Origin: the human T2T-CHM13v2.0 reference genome, Homo sapiens | Length of the DNA stretch: 64,000 nt | Assembly: GCF_009914755.1 (NCBI RefSeq) | Contig: NC_060936.1 | Reading direction: 5' to 3' (one strand) | In this document: positions 15,190 through 31,234 of the stretch, piece after piece | Layout: each line of letters starts with the position of its first letter | Numbering within the stretch: the first letter of the stretch is position 1 | Position numbers and translations under genes: made by a program | Notes under the pieces: generated by a model | Database searches by the model: none | Seen by the model: the letters and a program-made list of their open reading frames with translations, nothing else | What the model was told of the DNA's origin: nothing

Positions 15190-15984
15190 CTGCACAGAAC
15201 CTGACACTAAGAAGGTTTTCAGTAATATTCTGTTGGATGATGGATGATGAGGCATTTCTCGCAATCATTCTCTGTCCTGGGAGGGACAGCTTTTCAGTGT
15301 CAGAAAATCGATGTTCTTATTCTCTAAATCCCCAGAGAAGCCATTTTCTGCCCATCTTCTTCTCCTGAGATGGTGGGCACATCCTTCCTTCTCCTGGAAG
15401 TGACTCATTGACTCATTCCCACCTCAACTCTCTGACCTCACTGGGAAGGAGTGATTTTTCCCTCCTCCACATGTCAGGACATGGAGCCTGACCTTGCTGT
15501 GTAAGCCCCTCTCCTTTTTTCCCATGTCAGGAGGGCATTGAGTCTGAGGCACATCCTGGAAGCAGAAGACAGGCTCAGAACAAAAACAGAAATGGAAGGT
15601 GGTGAGGCACCCTGGGGTGGAGGGCAGCACTGGCCCACAAAGTGATGTCTTCAATGGGCTGAGAGGAAGGAACGCCAACAGCATTTCTGAAAATAAAATG
15701 CCAGAAAAAGTGATTCAGATGCAGAGAGGAGTTACAAGGAAGAAAGTTAGGAGAAATGGCATTCTTTGGTCATCTCTTTATTTCTGCATTAAATTCTGGA
15801 ATTTACCCAGAGGGGAGAAAAGGCAAAGGCCGAGGAAGGTGTCTTGACTGAAAACAGATCCTGAGTTTTAAAGTGAAATTAGATGTCTGGACTTCTAGGA
15901 AGATAAGCGATGCTCATTTCAGAATGACACCATCAGGCCCCCCAGCACCCTGAGGAGCCTCGTGAAGCTCAGTCTCATTTCAGA

Positions 15985-16460
15985 GGATATTCATTTTCTG
16001 TGGCTACTGCTAGAACTCACTACTGCAAACTTAGCGTCCTAAGACAACAGAAATTTATTCTCTTACAATGATGTAGGTCAGAAGTCCAAAATGGGTCTCA
16101 TGGAGCTAAAATTAGAATCCATTTCCATGCCTTTTCCAGCTTCTAGAGGCCACCCACATTCCTTGGCTCATGGACCCATCGTCTTTAAAGCCCACAACGG
16201 TCAATTAGGTCTTGTTCTCATGGCATCACTCTGACACTGAATCCCCCACCTCCCTCTTCCAGGTTTAAAGGACCCTTGTGATAACATTGGGCCCACCTAG
16301 AAAACCCAGGATACTCTCTCTATCCCAATGTCAGATGATTAGCAGTCTTAATTCCACCCACTACCTTGACTCTCTCTTGCCATGTAACATAGCATATTCA
16401 AAGGTTCTGGGGACTAGGACATGGACATCTTTGGGAACCATTATAATGCTGACCATGCCA
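15985..16460 (-). mobile_element. MLT1-type MaLR LTR
   Basis: aacagaaatttattctcttaca...ggtcagaagtccaaa...ttccagcttctagaggc...ctaggacatggacatctttggg. Confidence 0.75.
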
Positions 16461-16909
16461 TGTTAGGAACATAGTACTATATTCTGATTCTTTCAAAATT
16501 GGTAAATCATTTCTGAAAGTGGCTGGAAGTAGCCATTATCCAGAAATTGAGTTAAACCAAGTCAGTGTGACCTTAGGAGAGTGACTTAGCCTTTCTGGGT
16601 CTTTTTCTCAACTCTATGATAAAAGTTTAGCTGTAAACTCTTGGAAGGAGGGACCATTGCCCTCTCATGCCCAGGTCTTGGCACACAGTAGGCACTCAGG
16701 AAATGTTAGTGGCTGACTCGGGGGAGCTGGATTTAGCATTGTCCAAGGCTTCCCAGCATTCAAGTCCTGTGATTTCATGACTTACTGGTTCTAAATAACA
16801 CAGTACAAACTTTCAAAATGGGTAATTACATCTGTGAAGAAATGACCCTGGGCAAAAAGTGTGTCATTTTTCTCGGTAGCACAGTGCTGCGTACTAGAAG
16901 GCATTTGAT

Positions 16910-16986
16910 TACACACACAGAGAGACACACAAAGAGGGAAGCTGTGTGTGTGTGTGTGTGTGTGCGTGTGGTGTGTGCCTGTGTGC
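16910..16986. repeat. (CA)/(TG) dinucleotide tracts
   Basis: acacacacagagagacacac followed by a (TG)n tract. Confidence 0.85.
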
Positions 16987-17077
16987 AAACTTCAGATTGT
17001 AAAAATTCTCACCTAACCAGCAACTGGAGCTCCCTGAACAAAGGCTCTCTAATAAATTAACTCACGAATTTGCCCTG

Positions 17078-17738
<661 letters not shown>

Positions 17739-18748
17739 TCCTGGTAGGACAAGCTCTATTTATTTGTTGTGGATCCTGCTGCGCTGAGGCCTGGCTCCTC
17801 TGCTAAGAGTGACCACTGGTGAGGGAAGAGCCTGCGCCCGCTCCCCAGGACTGGGGTGGCAAGCACCCTGCTGCCCTCTCCCTGGCCCCCCATGACCTCT
17901 TCGTTGTCTGGATTGTGCTTCCCCATGCCCACCCCCAGGTTGCCCTCATCTGTTTTCAACCATCTAGTCTCGAGGGTGCTTCCAGGCAACCAAGATAGGC
18001 TGCTGCCCTTTGATTCTCTCCTGAGCAGTCTCTCCATTAGTTTGACTGCTGGTCATGATTAGTGCAGCGCCTCACTTGGGTTACAAAGTCTGTTCAAGCC
18101 CTAGCTGACACGTGTATCAGCAGTGTGACCTTGGACAAGTCACTAAAGGCTCTGAGCCGGTTACCCCCCACTCTCAACCCCTGCCTTCTACCAGAGTTTC
18201 CTCCCTGCCCTGCTCAGGCCACGACTGTGTAAACCAGGGGTCTTCCATCTCATGGCTGCACATGAGAATCCACCTTTTTTTAAAAACAAGCACCCAAGAA
18301 TGATTCTACTGCAGGCAACAAGCAGACCCCACTCCGAGAAGCTGTGCTCCCACCCGGCCTGGCTACAGTCTTTTGTCACCCGGAAGACTGCAGCCCAGCC
18401 TTGTTCACTCTGTGCCCAGATTATTTCTCTTGCCTCTGTTAGAGCCTTTAAGTGGCTCTTCATTAATCTTAGAATAAAATCTAGACTTTTTAACATGCCT
18501 TATGAGACCTTTCCTGACTTGGCCCCCGCCTTTCTCTGCAGCGCAAATTCTGAAGCCAAACAGACTAGGTTCTAGTCCTAGCTCTACCTATTGCCAGCTC
18601 TGTGACCTTGGGAAAGTAACCTAACCTCTCTGTGCCTCAGTTTCATCATCTGTAAATTGATAACAAATAACAGCAACAATAATAATAATAACAGCAACTG
18701 CAGAGGGATGTTGTAAGGATTAGAATGGTTAATGCATGTAAAGCATTA

Positions 18749-19357
<609 letters not shown>

Positions 19358-19517
19358 TCAAATGAGATAGAGCGTCCATAGGTGGGGAAACACCACGGAG
19401 CCCTGAATCATTTGGTTTTGTCTTGTGGTTTTTCTGGTCTGTAATGCGAATGTGATGTGTTGGGGTCAGGCTTGGTGAGGGGAAGCGATGGGGCAGAAAC
19501 TGTGATTTGAGTCAACT

Positions 19518-19990
<473 letters not shown>

Positions 19991-20159
19991 TAATGGGATC
20001 TGAGGCAATATAGCACCACCAGCGTGAAAGATGGTTCTTAAGACCCCCACAAAATGTGGGTATTAGAATGATTTGTGACCCTCAAAACGGCCACAGTACA
20101 TAAACATATATACAGTGTATTTATAATATTAAAATGTCATGAAGTGGAATGTTTTAAAT

Positions 20160-20505
20160 CAGGGGTCCCCAAACCCCAGCCCACAGACTGGTACAGGTCT
20201 GTGGCCTGTTAGGAACTGAGCCACACAGGAGAAGGTGAGCAGCGGGCGAGCGAGCATTACCACCTGAGCGCCGCCTCCTGTCCGATCAGTGGCAGCATTA
20301 GATTCTCATAGGGGTACAAACCCTACTAGGAAGTGTGCACGCGAGGGATCTAGCTTGTATGATCCTTATGAGAATCTAATGCCTGATGATTTGAGGTGGA
20401 ACAGTTTCATCCTAAAACCATCCCTGGCCCCACGACCCACCAGTCAGTAGAAAAACTGTCTTCCACAAAACCGGTCCCTGTTGCTAAAAAGGCTGGGGAC
20501 CGCTA
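20160..20505 (+). mobile_element. MER1B-like hAT-Charlie element
   Basis: TIRs caggggtcccc / ggggaccgcta; perfect 8-bp TSD ttttaaat at 20152-59 and 20506-13. Confidence 0.9.
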
Positions 20506-20536
20506 TTTTAAATTATAGTGTCTTGACAGAAAATTT

Positions 20537-21060
20537 GAAGTACAGTAAGGCCAATGGATCAGGAGACAATTACCATTGAAAAGAGTTTGTTACTTACAGT
20601 TCCCAAGAGGAGGGGACATGCCAGGCCTTATAGGGTCACATGGGGAAGCACCAGGGTTGGTCAGGGGGCAGAAGGAAACCATGGGCAAGAGCCTTTATTA
20701 TCGTTTCCGAGGGAAGGAACGGGTGAGGCAGAGAATCCAGGTTTAGGATTAGCTAATTAGAATAATTTCAGCAGGCTCTGAGGCATAGGGACTGCCCCTA
20801 GTTGCCTGGTGCCTGGCCCTGGAGAGATTAGAGCAGTTGGATAGTGGCCCAGAGTATGACAGCCCCATAGACATGGTGGCTGGGGTGTGGGCTTTGGATG
20901 GGTCAGTTTACATTTGAAAAGTGTGCTTGCTGGCAGGTTGTTTACTGTCCCTAGGAATTGGCTAACCTTGAGTGGGGCCAACCCTGGGGACTGCCCTCCA
21001 GGGTCAGCAAGGCCCCAGGTGTCAAAGCATCAGAATACAGACAATAAAAGGCATGGATAA
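20537..21060 (-). mobile_element. ERVL-class LTR (MER54/73/74-like)
   Basis: Resembles recalled consensus (ccattgaaaagagtttgttacttacagttcccaagaggag...ggattagctaattagaataatttcagc); subfamily uncertain. Confidence 0.55.
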
Positions 21061-21332
21061 GGCCAGTCGAGGTGGCTCACACCTGTAATCCCAGCATTTT
21101 GGGGGGCCGAGGTGGGAGAATCCAGGAGTTTGAGAACAGCCTGGACAACATGATGAGACCCCGTCTATACAAAAAATCAAACATTAGCCAGGTGTGGTGG
21201 TTCACGCCTTCAGTCCCAGCTACTCAGGAGGCTGAGGTGGGAGGCTCACTTGAGCCCAGGAGGTCGAGGCTGCACTGAGCTGTGATTGCGCCACTGCCCT
21301 CCAGCCTGGGTGATAGAGCAAGACCCTATCTC

Positions 21333-21363
<31 letters not shown>

Positions 21364-21392
21364 AGAAGAAGAAGAAGAAAGAGAAAAAGAGA
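21061..21392 (+). mobile_element. AluJ-like SINE with long A/(AAG)n tail
   Basis: Alu consensus; accounts for the poly-K/R ORF 21286-21747. Confidence 0.9.
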
Positions 21393-23170
21393 ACTGGTTA
21401 ATACAGTGGGGTGGCGGTGGAGAGGAGGGAAGAAAATGTCCAAAAAGGCTTCTTGGGGTGGAAGGGGTGATAATAAAAAGTTGAGAAACATTGAGTTATA
21501 TCTGGGCTACTTTCATGTAGTTTTTGATGCAACTCCCAGAACAGGTGCTAGGAGAAAGCCTCTCTCCAGAAGCATCCTTATCTTTCTCCTTGGCTGGATA
21601 GGGCCCTGCTTCCCCAGCAAGGGCTGTGTGCTCCCTTCCCCAAGGGCTCCTGGCCTTGGGAAAAAGGTGCAGTACCTTTTAACAGCAATGACAAACGAGA
21701 ATTTAGAGTCCTCCTGTGGTTTATTTTACTCTGTAATCAGCTCCTGAATTTGGCCTAATGGGATTCTAATGTTTTTAAAAGACAATTTAGTAATCTTTGT
21801 ATTTTTGATGGATTGTGGAAGGCCTATTAGTTCTTTATATCAGTGTGCACATGCATGGCTGCAAATGGTAGATTTATGCTTTTACGTGCCATTAACATCT
21901 ACACTACGTTAACAGCAGCATTTAGTCAGCTCTCAAAAACATGGCCTAATCTCCTCCATGCCCGTAAACACACACACACACACACCCCTCTCTGTCATTG
22001 CGTGTGGTCAGCCACAGGATATTTCAACTTATTAAACATTCTAGTGAATAGTTCCTCACTATATCATATCAAATAAATAATAAGTCTATAGTCACCAGGC
22101 TGTTTAATTAAAGATAATCAGTCTTTGAAGACTTAGAATACAATTAAATATACTTAACACGAAGGCTTGGTTGAACATGATTTAATCTTTCCTTTCTTGG
22201 GTGACTCAGGATCTTCCAGGCCCTAGGGACTTTCATTATGAATATAAATGATCCTGGTACTCTGCAGAAGTTCCATTGGAAAGGGATTTTCAGTTGGAAG
22301 CGTGCCAGATACACCAGTCTCCACTATAGAGGGTATCCTTGCTATTACCTGGAAATGGTTTTGAGACATCCCTGGGACAGGACAAATGTGAATGTTTGTC
22401 CTTGGCATAAAATGCTTCTGACAGCTGGTGTGAAGTCTCTCCATTTCTTCCAGCCCCCTTTGATTTCTATAACAGGGAGAAATCCTCAGTGGGGTGCTCA
22501 CTTGCTATTAACACCTTTCTTTAACACTTAGTAATCTTTATTTTTTACCATGAACTCTACCCAGGACTCATTCATTAACTCAACTTGTGTTTATTAAACA
22601 AGTGTCAGTGAGACACAGAAGTGGAGAGCTGGTAACAGGAAGAGGCACAGCTACATTTATTTCAGGGAACATAATGCATACTCAAATAGTGAATCCAAAA
22701 GTTTTCTTAAATGGATGTATACCTCCATTCACCCCTAACTGCCCATCACCTTCCTCTTCCCTTTCTAATGTGACTACCTTCACCATTTGAACCACAGTCA
22801 GGTACTTAATGAATCAGAATTAAAATTAATCTGGGAAATAAGTAGCTAAAAAAATAGCCTCGAAATATCTTTCAGAAAGGAGACGTAATGAATCAGGACC
22901 AGCCCTACCTAATTTTAAAGCATTTATGAAACTACAATAATTAAGCAGTGTGATTCTGACACCGAGAAAAACTAGATCAGTGGGATAAAATAGGAGATAT
23001 TGCTGTGTTCTCAACGACATCTGGAGATGAGCACACATGATGAAGTGGAATTATTTTAAATCAGTGAGGAAAAGGTGGATTATTCAGCAAATATTGGCTC
23101 GATTGGTTAGTTACTTGGGGAAAACAAAAACAAAAACTGGATCCCTACCTCATGCTAGACAGATCAAAGG

Positions 23171-23750
23171 TTTTTTTTTTTTTAAGTGGGGGTTGTAGTA
23201 CAGATTATTTTGTCATCCAGGTATTAAGCCTAGTATTCATTAGTTCTTTTTCCTGAGCCTCTCCTTCCTCCCACCGTCCACTCTCCAATAGGTCCCAATG
23301 TGTTTTGTTCCCCTCTATGTGTCCATGTGTTCTCATCACTTAGCTCCCACTTATAAAGTGAGAAAATGCAGCATTTAATTTTCTGTTTCTGTGTTAGTTA
23401 AGGATAATGGCCTCCAGCTCCATCCATGTTCCTGCAAAGGACGTGATCTCATTCTTTTTTATGGCTGCATAGTATTCCATGGTGCATATATGTACTACAT
23501 TTTCTTTATCCAGTCTACCACTGATGGGCATTTAGGTTGATTCCATGTCTTTGCTATTGTGAATAGTGCTGCAGTGGACATATGCATGCATGTGTCTTTA
23601 TAATAGAGTGATTTCTATTCGTTTGGGTATACCTAGTAATGGGATTGCTGAATTGAATGGTATTTCTGTTTTTAGGTCTTTGAGAAATCGCCATACTGTC
23701 TTCCACAATGATTGAACTAATTTACATTCCCACCAATAGTGTATATGCAT
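23171..23750 (-). mobile_element. Older L1PA 3' end (ORF2 C-terminus plus 3'UTR), nested in decayed L1M fragments (~22890-24190)
   Basis: Reverse frame encodes [27 protein letters not shown]; poly(T) tail at 23171. Confidence 0.85.
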
Positions 23751-25652
23751 TCTGCAACCCAAAGTTTTAATAGTAAAAATGTAACTAAAATTACCAGAAG
23801 AAAACATGGTTAAGTTTTTAATAATCTTGAATAGGTGGAGGGCTTTCTGAATGTAAACCCAAACTCAGAACCCATAAAGAGAAAGACCAATAACTTTGCC
23901 TGCATTGGATGAAAATACTTCTACTTAAAAAAATACTGTAAGCACACTCAAAAGGCAGTTGAAAAACTGGGAAAACATGTGTGCATGACACATGTCAGGC
24001 AAAGGGATTATTTCCTTAATATAGAAAGAACTTCCACAAACCAGTAAGAAGAATTTGATATTTCTATAGACAACTAGGCAAATGATATACAAAAGCCACT
24101 CACAAAGGAAAACAGATGTTAATAACCATGAAAAAAAAAGGTCTTTCTTACAGTTACATGAAATCAAATTAAATTAGATACCATTTTCCAGCTTTGACAT
24201 TGGTCAGGGAATGGTGTATGTACAGGTACTTTTCTCAAGGCAGTTTACACAGTTGTGTTTGTACATTTCTTTGTGGGATTATTTGATGTGTGTTTGTCCT
24301 CCCAGCTAGACTTTAAGCTCTATGAGTTTAGGGCTTGTATGGTGTTTTTCTCATACCTTTATCCCCTGTAGAACCTGCACATTGTTTGGACTTAATAAAT
24401 ATTTGTTGAGTGAGTGAATGAATTGATGCATGAGAATACATAGAAAGTTCTGGAATCTTACACAAGAAACTAATAATAGGGGTTACCTCTGGAGAGTGGG
24501 ATTAGGTCCAAGGAGAGGAAAAGAGGTTGCTTTCAGTTTATTGTTTTATCTCTTTCTTATTATTGAAGTTTTAAAAACAGGCATGGATAATTTTGTGATT
24601 CATATTTTGAAAATAGCTTACATGTTTAAAATGAATGTTCAAGATGGCAGTGAAGAGAGGGTGTAAAGAGGCCAACTTCTGATGCACCACATTATCTCAA
24701 CATGTTGATAGGGAATCAGAGGGTCAGTCTGGGATGGAAGCCCTCAGGAGAGTGCTGAGGGGCAAGGAGGATACAGCCAAGAGTCCTGGTCAGCCACCCC
24801 TAAGGGGCTGGTTGAGCTCTAGAGGCACAGGCAGAGATAAGGAAGAAACAAGTGGGTGTTGAGAGTCCAGGGAAGCAGGAGAAGTCAAGTTTGAGATGTC
24901 TGCCAAGCCAGAAGAGATCCACAGGCAGCATTCTGAGTCCAGGAGATCTGAGAGGCCAGGAATGATATGGGGCGATGCACTGGTCTGGGTCTGCTGGCAG
25001 CCCGAGCAGAAAGTGCCGTTCTCTGCCTCTGTCATCCCTCCCATTGACTCCCTCCCTCTGATGGTTATTCTGGCCAGAACACCAGCAATGAATCCTGACC
25101 TCACGCAGGCACCAGAATTGATTCCTAAGGAATTCAGCTGCCTCCTCCCAGCGATATACGAGCCCCTCAGCAAAGCACTTGAGCCCCTCGATGCTCCCCT
25201 CCATGATCTGGCCCCTGTCCACCTCATGGGAATTCCCTTCAACTCAGTGTGCCAGCCACGGCCAACTTCTTACAATCCCCACAATGCACCATGAGTTTTC
25301 TTGCCTCTGTGACTTGGCTTTTTCTGTTCCCTCCAGTTTGGACTTCCCTATGCCCTCCTCTTCCCCACCCCCTAGCCAGGTCACCTAATGACCATCAGCT
25401 CGTCTTTCAATCATCCTAGGTCAGCTCAACAATGAAGGCTTTCCTGACATGCCACCCAGGTGGAATATCCAATTTCTGTTTGTGCCATCAGTGTAGCATG
25501 GATGGACTTCTCTTAGAGTACCTGTAACACTCATGAACATTGTACCTATTCCACTACATTGAGAGTTTCTCAAGGGGAAGATCTATGTTTTAATTTTCAT
25601 TGAAGTCCTAATCTGGCACATTATATTGAGTAGATTGATGGAAGGGTAGAAA

Positions 25653-25890
25653 GATGGATGGATGGATGGATGGATGGATGGATGGATGGAAGAGTAGATG
25701 TATAGATGAATAGATAGATGAATGGAAGTTAAGCTCCAAGAAGGAAGCTCCTTTGTTTTCTCCTGTATCTCCCATTGCTTAGCACAATGAGTAGCACATA
25801 GGAGATGCTGAAAAAAATTGTTTAGTTAATTGAAGGATGATCAGACATATGGACGGAAGTTTGGATGGACAGACGGATGGATGGATGGAT
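25653..25890. repeat. (GGAT)n tracts at L2/MIR ends
   Basis: gatggatggatg... at 25653-25690 and 25863-25890. Confidence 0.8.
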
Positions 25891-25994
25891 TTTGATTGCA
25901 AGTATGTATGGTCACCTTGATATAGAGTAAGGTAGACATTGTCCAAAAAGCTGCCCCCTCATTATTTTACCCTGGTCCATTGCCATGATGTTAA

Positions 25995-26323
<329 letters not shown>

Positions 26324-28207
26324 AAGATCATTACTCAAACAACTCCAGCACACAATTTCCCTGTCAGTTACACTCCATGGCTGAGTTTTATCACACCACA
26401 TGGCGTTATGCCCATGAGTGTCACTACTGTGTAGGGGACAAGGGAAAGGCTTTTCAGAGAACTTTCAAAGGCCACAGTCCATGCTCCTGGGGGCCAATTG
26501 ATCTCCAAAACCTGACTAACCTGTGACATTTTCATAGCTACCCAAGACTCAGCTGGAGGTCTAAAATACCATTCCATGCCTGGAAGTTCTGAAATGGAGC
26601 CCTAGATCTTTTAGGAGGAGTTGGGGGACTGAAGCAGGTGTTCACAAGTCCTGCCAGGTCCCAGGAGCTCCTTGATACAGAGATGAGGAAACAGGGAGAA
26701 TGAGTCTCTTTCCTCTTAAGCCCCTATGAGGCGGATGTCACCCAGGACTCTGTGGGAAAGTTGCAATGATAATGCAAGAAAGGCTGACCCCTGGGAGAGA
26801 AGGAGGGATGACAAAGGAGGTAACTAAAAATCTTGTTTGGATTACATGGAAAGGGAAGGTTCTTAGGCAGTCTGAAGCCAAACCACCAAAAGAATAAGAT
26901 GTAGAAAACAAAGATGGAGAATTTTCAGAATTGAGTTCAAGAACGAAGCTTGAAGTACATGTGGAGATTAAGGTGGTGACTTTCTGAAAAGAACATAAAG
27001 ATATTTGTGAATCATTTATTAATTCAACCATGAACACTGAGTACCACAAAGACAACAGGATTTGTTCCTGCCCTCACAGGCTTCAGGCTGGCTGGGGAGA
27101 CAGACCCCCTACCCACTAGTTTACTATAAGAGAAACAGCAGCTCATAGCAGGAATGGGGTCCCACTGTGCAGCACAGCAGGGTGACCCCAAGTCAGCCTG
27201 GGAGCTTCGGGGACACTTCCCAAAGGAGCTCATCACTGGGGCCGGGACCTGCAGATGCAGATGCTTTTCCGAATTGGAGTAGGGCATGCCTCTCGCAGAG
27301 GAATGGTTTCAACAAACCAAGCCTGAATCTGTTTCCCACTGCCAAGTCTCCTAAAAGGGGTTTCCAGGCTAGTGTACAAACATTTCTTAATCTGATAATT
27401 TCCTGTCTTGTTTCCTAATAAATTTAACAGTAAAAGAAAGCCTTCTGGCATTGTCTGTGTTATTGAATTCCTAAATCTTTAGTTTCAGAGACCTTCACTT
27501 AGATTATTAGCAAACATTTATCGACTCCCTTCTCTGTGCCAGGTTGTCTCTGTCTATTTTCCCATTATAGCCTCCCAGCCATGCTAGGGGGTAGATAGTA
27601 TCAAACACTTTACAGAGGGAGAAATACACTCAGAGAAGCCAAGTCAAGAGCCCTAGCCACACAGCTGGAAGCCGGTAAGGTGGGAATCTGAACCCGGCCA
27701 GGTCCGTCCGATGCCCATTCAAGGGCTGCTGCGTTGCTGCACCCCAGCTGCTTCCTTCCCCTTTGTTAAAGCTGAGACATGGTGCCAGGACCCCCCCACC
27801 CTTTACATTCTGGGGTCACTTAACAGAAGACCAAGTCTAGCTTGTCAGGCAGGACTTAGCAGAGTCAGCTCTCCTCCTGCAGCCAGAGACAAACAAGGCA
27901 GTGCCCAAGCCTGTGTCCAGAGTACCAAGGCTTACACGGTCAGCCCCTCCCCAGCACAGCCTTATACAATCATCTCCTGCTTGTAGCTCCTTCCCCAATG
28001 CTACACCATAACTGCCCCCACACAGGGAAGTAAACCTTTGGTTGCTCACACTCTAATGCTGGAGATAGACAACACATTAACAGATAATATATAATATAGT
28101 ATAACACAGTGGTAGGTGCTATAAAGAAGAAATAAAACAGAGTGAGGGGATGGGAGAGCGATGCAGGGTGTTATTTTTTAGTAAAGCATTCGGAAAGGTT
28201 TCTCTGA

Positions 28208-28683
<476 letters not shown>

Positions 28684-28864
28684 TTATTATCTTTGCCATC
28701 CCCGCCTTCCTACACACTAGGTAGATTCTTCCCTAGGCCAGGCCCAAAAGAAATTGGCAGTCGGGAATTGCCTGGAACAACTAAATTCTACACAGCAACA
28801 TGGGGAAAAGTGAAAAGCATTTTAAGACAACAAGTTAACCAACTCTCAGTTTCATAACTGATAA

Positions 28865-29378
28865 GTACCAGTTAGATATTGTGCATATGCAGCTTAACAA
28901 ACTACCTTCAAATTCAGCGGCTTAAAACATCAACCATTTTCTATTGCTCAGTGCTCTGTAGGTCAGCTGGGTGCTTCTTTGATCTTGGCCAGGCTCACAT
29001 ATGAGTCTGTGGTGAATTGCTAATCTTGGCCGGACTCTCTTACATTTTTAGGAGTTGGCTGACTGTCCATTGGTCTAGGAGAGCCTTGGCTCTTCTCCAT
29101 GTGTCCTTCTTATCCTCCAGCATGCTAGCCAGGCTTCTTCTCTTGGTGGCGGCAGGGTTCTAAGAGAGAAGAAGCAGCCAAGACCTTTTGAAGCCTACAC
29201 TTGGAACTGGCACCCTAACATTCCCATCACATTCTGGTGGCCAAAGCAAGTCACAGGCTGGCCAAGATTTAATGGATGGGCAAATAGACCGTTGATGGAA
29301 GGAACTTCAAAATCATCTTGCATGCATATAGACAGGGGTGAAAAATGGAGACCATTTTTGCAGTCAATCTACCCAAAC
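28865..29378 (-). mobile_element. Old MLT1 (H/J-type) MaLR LTR
   Basis: aaattcagcggcttaaaacatcaaccattt...ggccaaagcaagtcacaggc...tttgcagtcaatctacc. Confidence 0.7.
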
Positions 29379-30214
29379 AGATAAGGAATCAGAGACTGGA
29401 AAGCATAACACTGCTTAATTCTGGAGCAAGCAACTATGACTTCTGGCCCCCAGGTTTTAGTGGGGAGTCTAGAATATTTTACCTATTCTGACAGAAGCCT
29501 CATCAACAAAGCTTTTTTAAACTCTGGTCAGCCTAGGGGTTTTAAGGATGTCCATTAAGTCCAAGAGGACTTTGAGGGCTCTGAAGACCAGTAAGTACCC
29601 TGGGTCAAGCCCAGAGGTTTTCGCTTAATAACTACTGGTAAAGGAAAACTAACTCCATACTTGATAAATCTACATAGTTCTGTTTACCCACCAGCCATGA
29701 TCCCCTAAATCCCCCCAAAAATGACTGCAAAATATATGGAAACCCCAGGGAGCAAAAGAACCAGAGCTAATGAGTTATTTCACTGTTTGTGCTTAATTTG
29801 TTATTTCCAACAGATTTTGAGGCAACTTATAAAAATATGTACAACATTGTATCATAGACAACAAAAGGCAAAAATGTTAAAAATGCATTTCCTTATTTAC
29901 ACATGGGCTGCAAATTTGGCTGTGAGCTTCCTAGTAGGAGCTGAAGGTAAGAAACACATCTATGCTATGTATCTGTAGACTTTGTCTTTTGTCCCATGGG
30001 GGCAAATTGTAAAGGTTTTCCATTTGAGGTTAATGGTATTTCAGCACCCACGAAGTTTGTATACTTGCCTATCAGTTCCTGGGTAATAATGCCAGGGAAA
30101 ACATCTCACATATGGTTATACTGCGAGTTCCAGAAGGGCAGGGATCCAGCTGTCTATGTATGACCATGTTCCCTAGTTGTGCCTGGCAGAAAGTAGGGAT
30201 TGAGTAACCAAGAA

Positions 30215-30745
30215 GCAGTATGCTGAGTGGCTAAGAGATTGAGCTCTGGAATCAGAAGACTTGGTATTCAATTCCTAGCCCCATTTTTAGGATCTACGTG
30301 ACCTTAGGCAAATTACTGAACATCTCTAAGTTTTATTGCATTCCCTATAAAGTAGAGATAATAATGGCAAATATTTTATAACACTTCCTCTATGCCAGGT
30401 ATTTTCCAAATGTTTTATACATATTAACTTTTTTAATCTTCCTCCAACCCTGTGAGGTAGGCACTATTAATATTACCATTTTACAGATAGGAAAACCAAG
30501 GCACAGAATGATTATACTTACTTGCCTAAAGCTACACAAGTAGTAAGTAAAGCAACCAGGGTTCAAACCCAGGCAATGTCAACCCCGAGCCTTTGCTCTT
30601 AACAGTTACCTTATACTGTCTCCTAATAAATGTTGGATTTCCTACCATATAGTGTGGCTGAGAGGATTAAAATAAATCTGAATTTAAACATGTAAAATGC
30701 TAAGCAGAGTGCCTGGCCCATAGTTTGTACTCCATAAAAGTTGGC
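30215..30745. mobile_element. MIR cluster: a minus-strand MIR nested in a plus-strand MIR
   Basis: MIR core motifs in both orientations (gtgaccttaggcaa; ccattttacagataggaaa; agtgcctggcccatag). Confidence 0.65.
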
Positions 30746-30858
30746 TGTTCTCCTCCTTCTCCTCCTTCATCACTACCACCATTATCATCATTGAAGGTTG
30801 GATGGATCAATGCTGATGGTTCTCTTACTTGGTTTTCTCTTCGTAGATAAGTAGCATC

Positions 30859-31234
30859 TGATATGGTTTGGCTCTGTGTCCCCACCCCCTCACCTTGAAT
30901 TGTAATCCCCATAATCCTCACATGTCAAGGGCGGGAGCAGGTGGAGGTAATTGGATCATGGGGGCAGTTTCCCCCATGTTGTTCTCCTGAAAGTGAGTGA
31001 GTCCTCACGAGATCTGATGGTTTTGTAAATGCCTGGCATTTCCCCTGCTTGCACTCACTCTGTCCTGCCGCCCTGTGAAGAAGGTGCCTGCTTCTCCTTT
31101 GCCTTCTGCCATGATTATAAGTTTCCTGAGGCCTCCCCAGCAATGCGGAACTGTGAGACAATTAAACCTCTCTCCTTTCTAAATCACCCAGTCTCGGGTA
31201 TTTCCTCATAGCAGTGTGAAAATGGACTAATATA
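30859..31234 (+). mobile_element. THE1(D-like) MaLR solo LTR
   Basis: tgatatggtttggctctgtgtcccc...ggactaatata; perfect TSD gcatc at 30854-58 and 31235-39. Confidence 0.92.

Noticed and set aside
14495-15368. 227-257 aa mucin-like or Asp/Met/Val-rich ORFs
   Set aside because: Stop-free only because of the triplet repeat; no splice or codon evidence
24790-25388. Overlapping 130-150 aa ORFs on both strands
   Set aside because: Lie in decayed L2-like sequence; no recognisable domain or coherent splice sites
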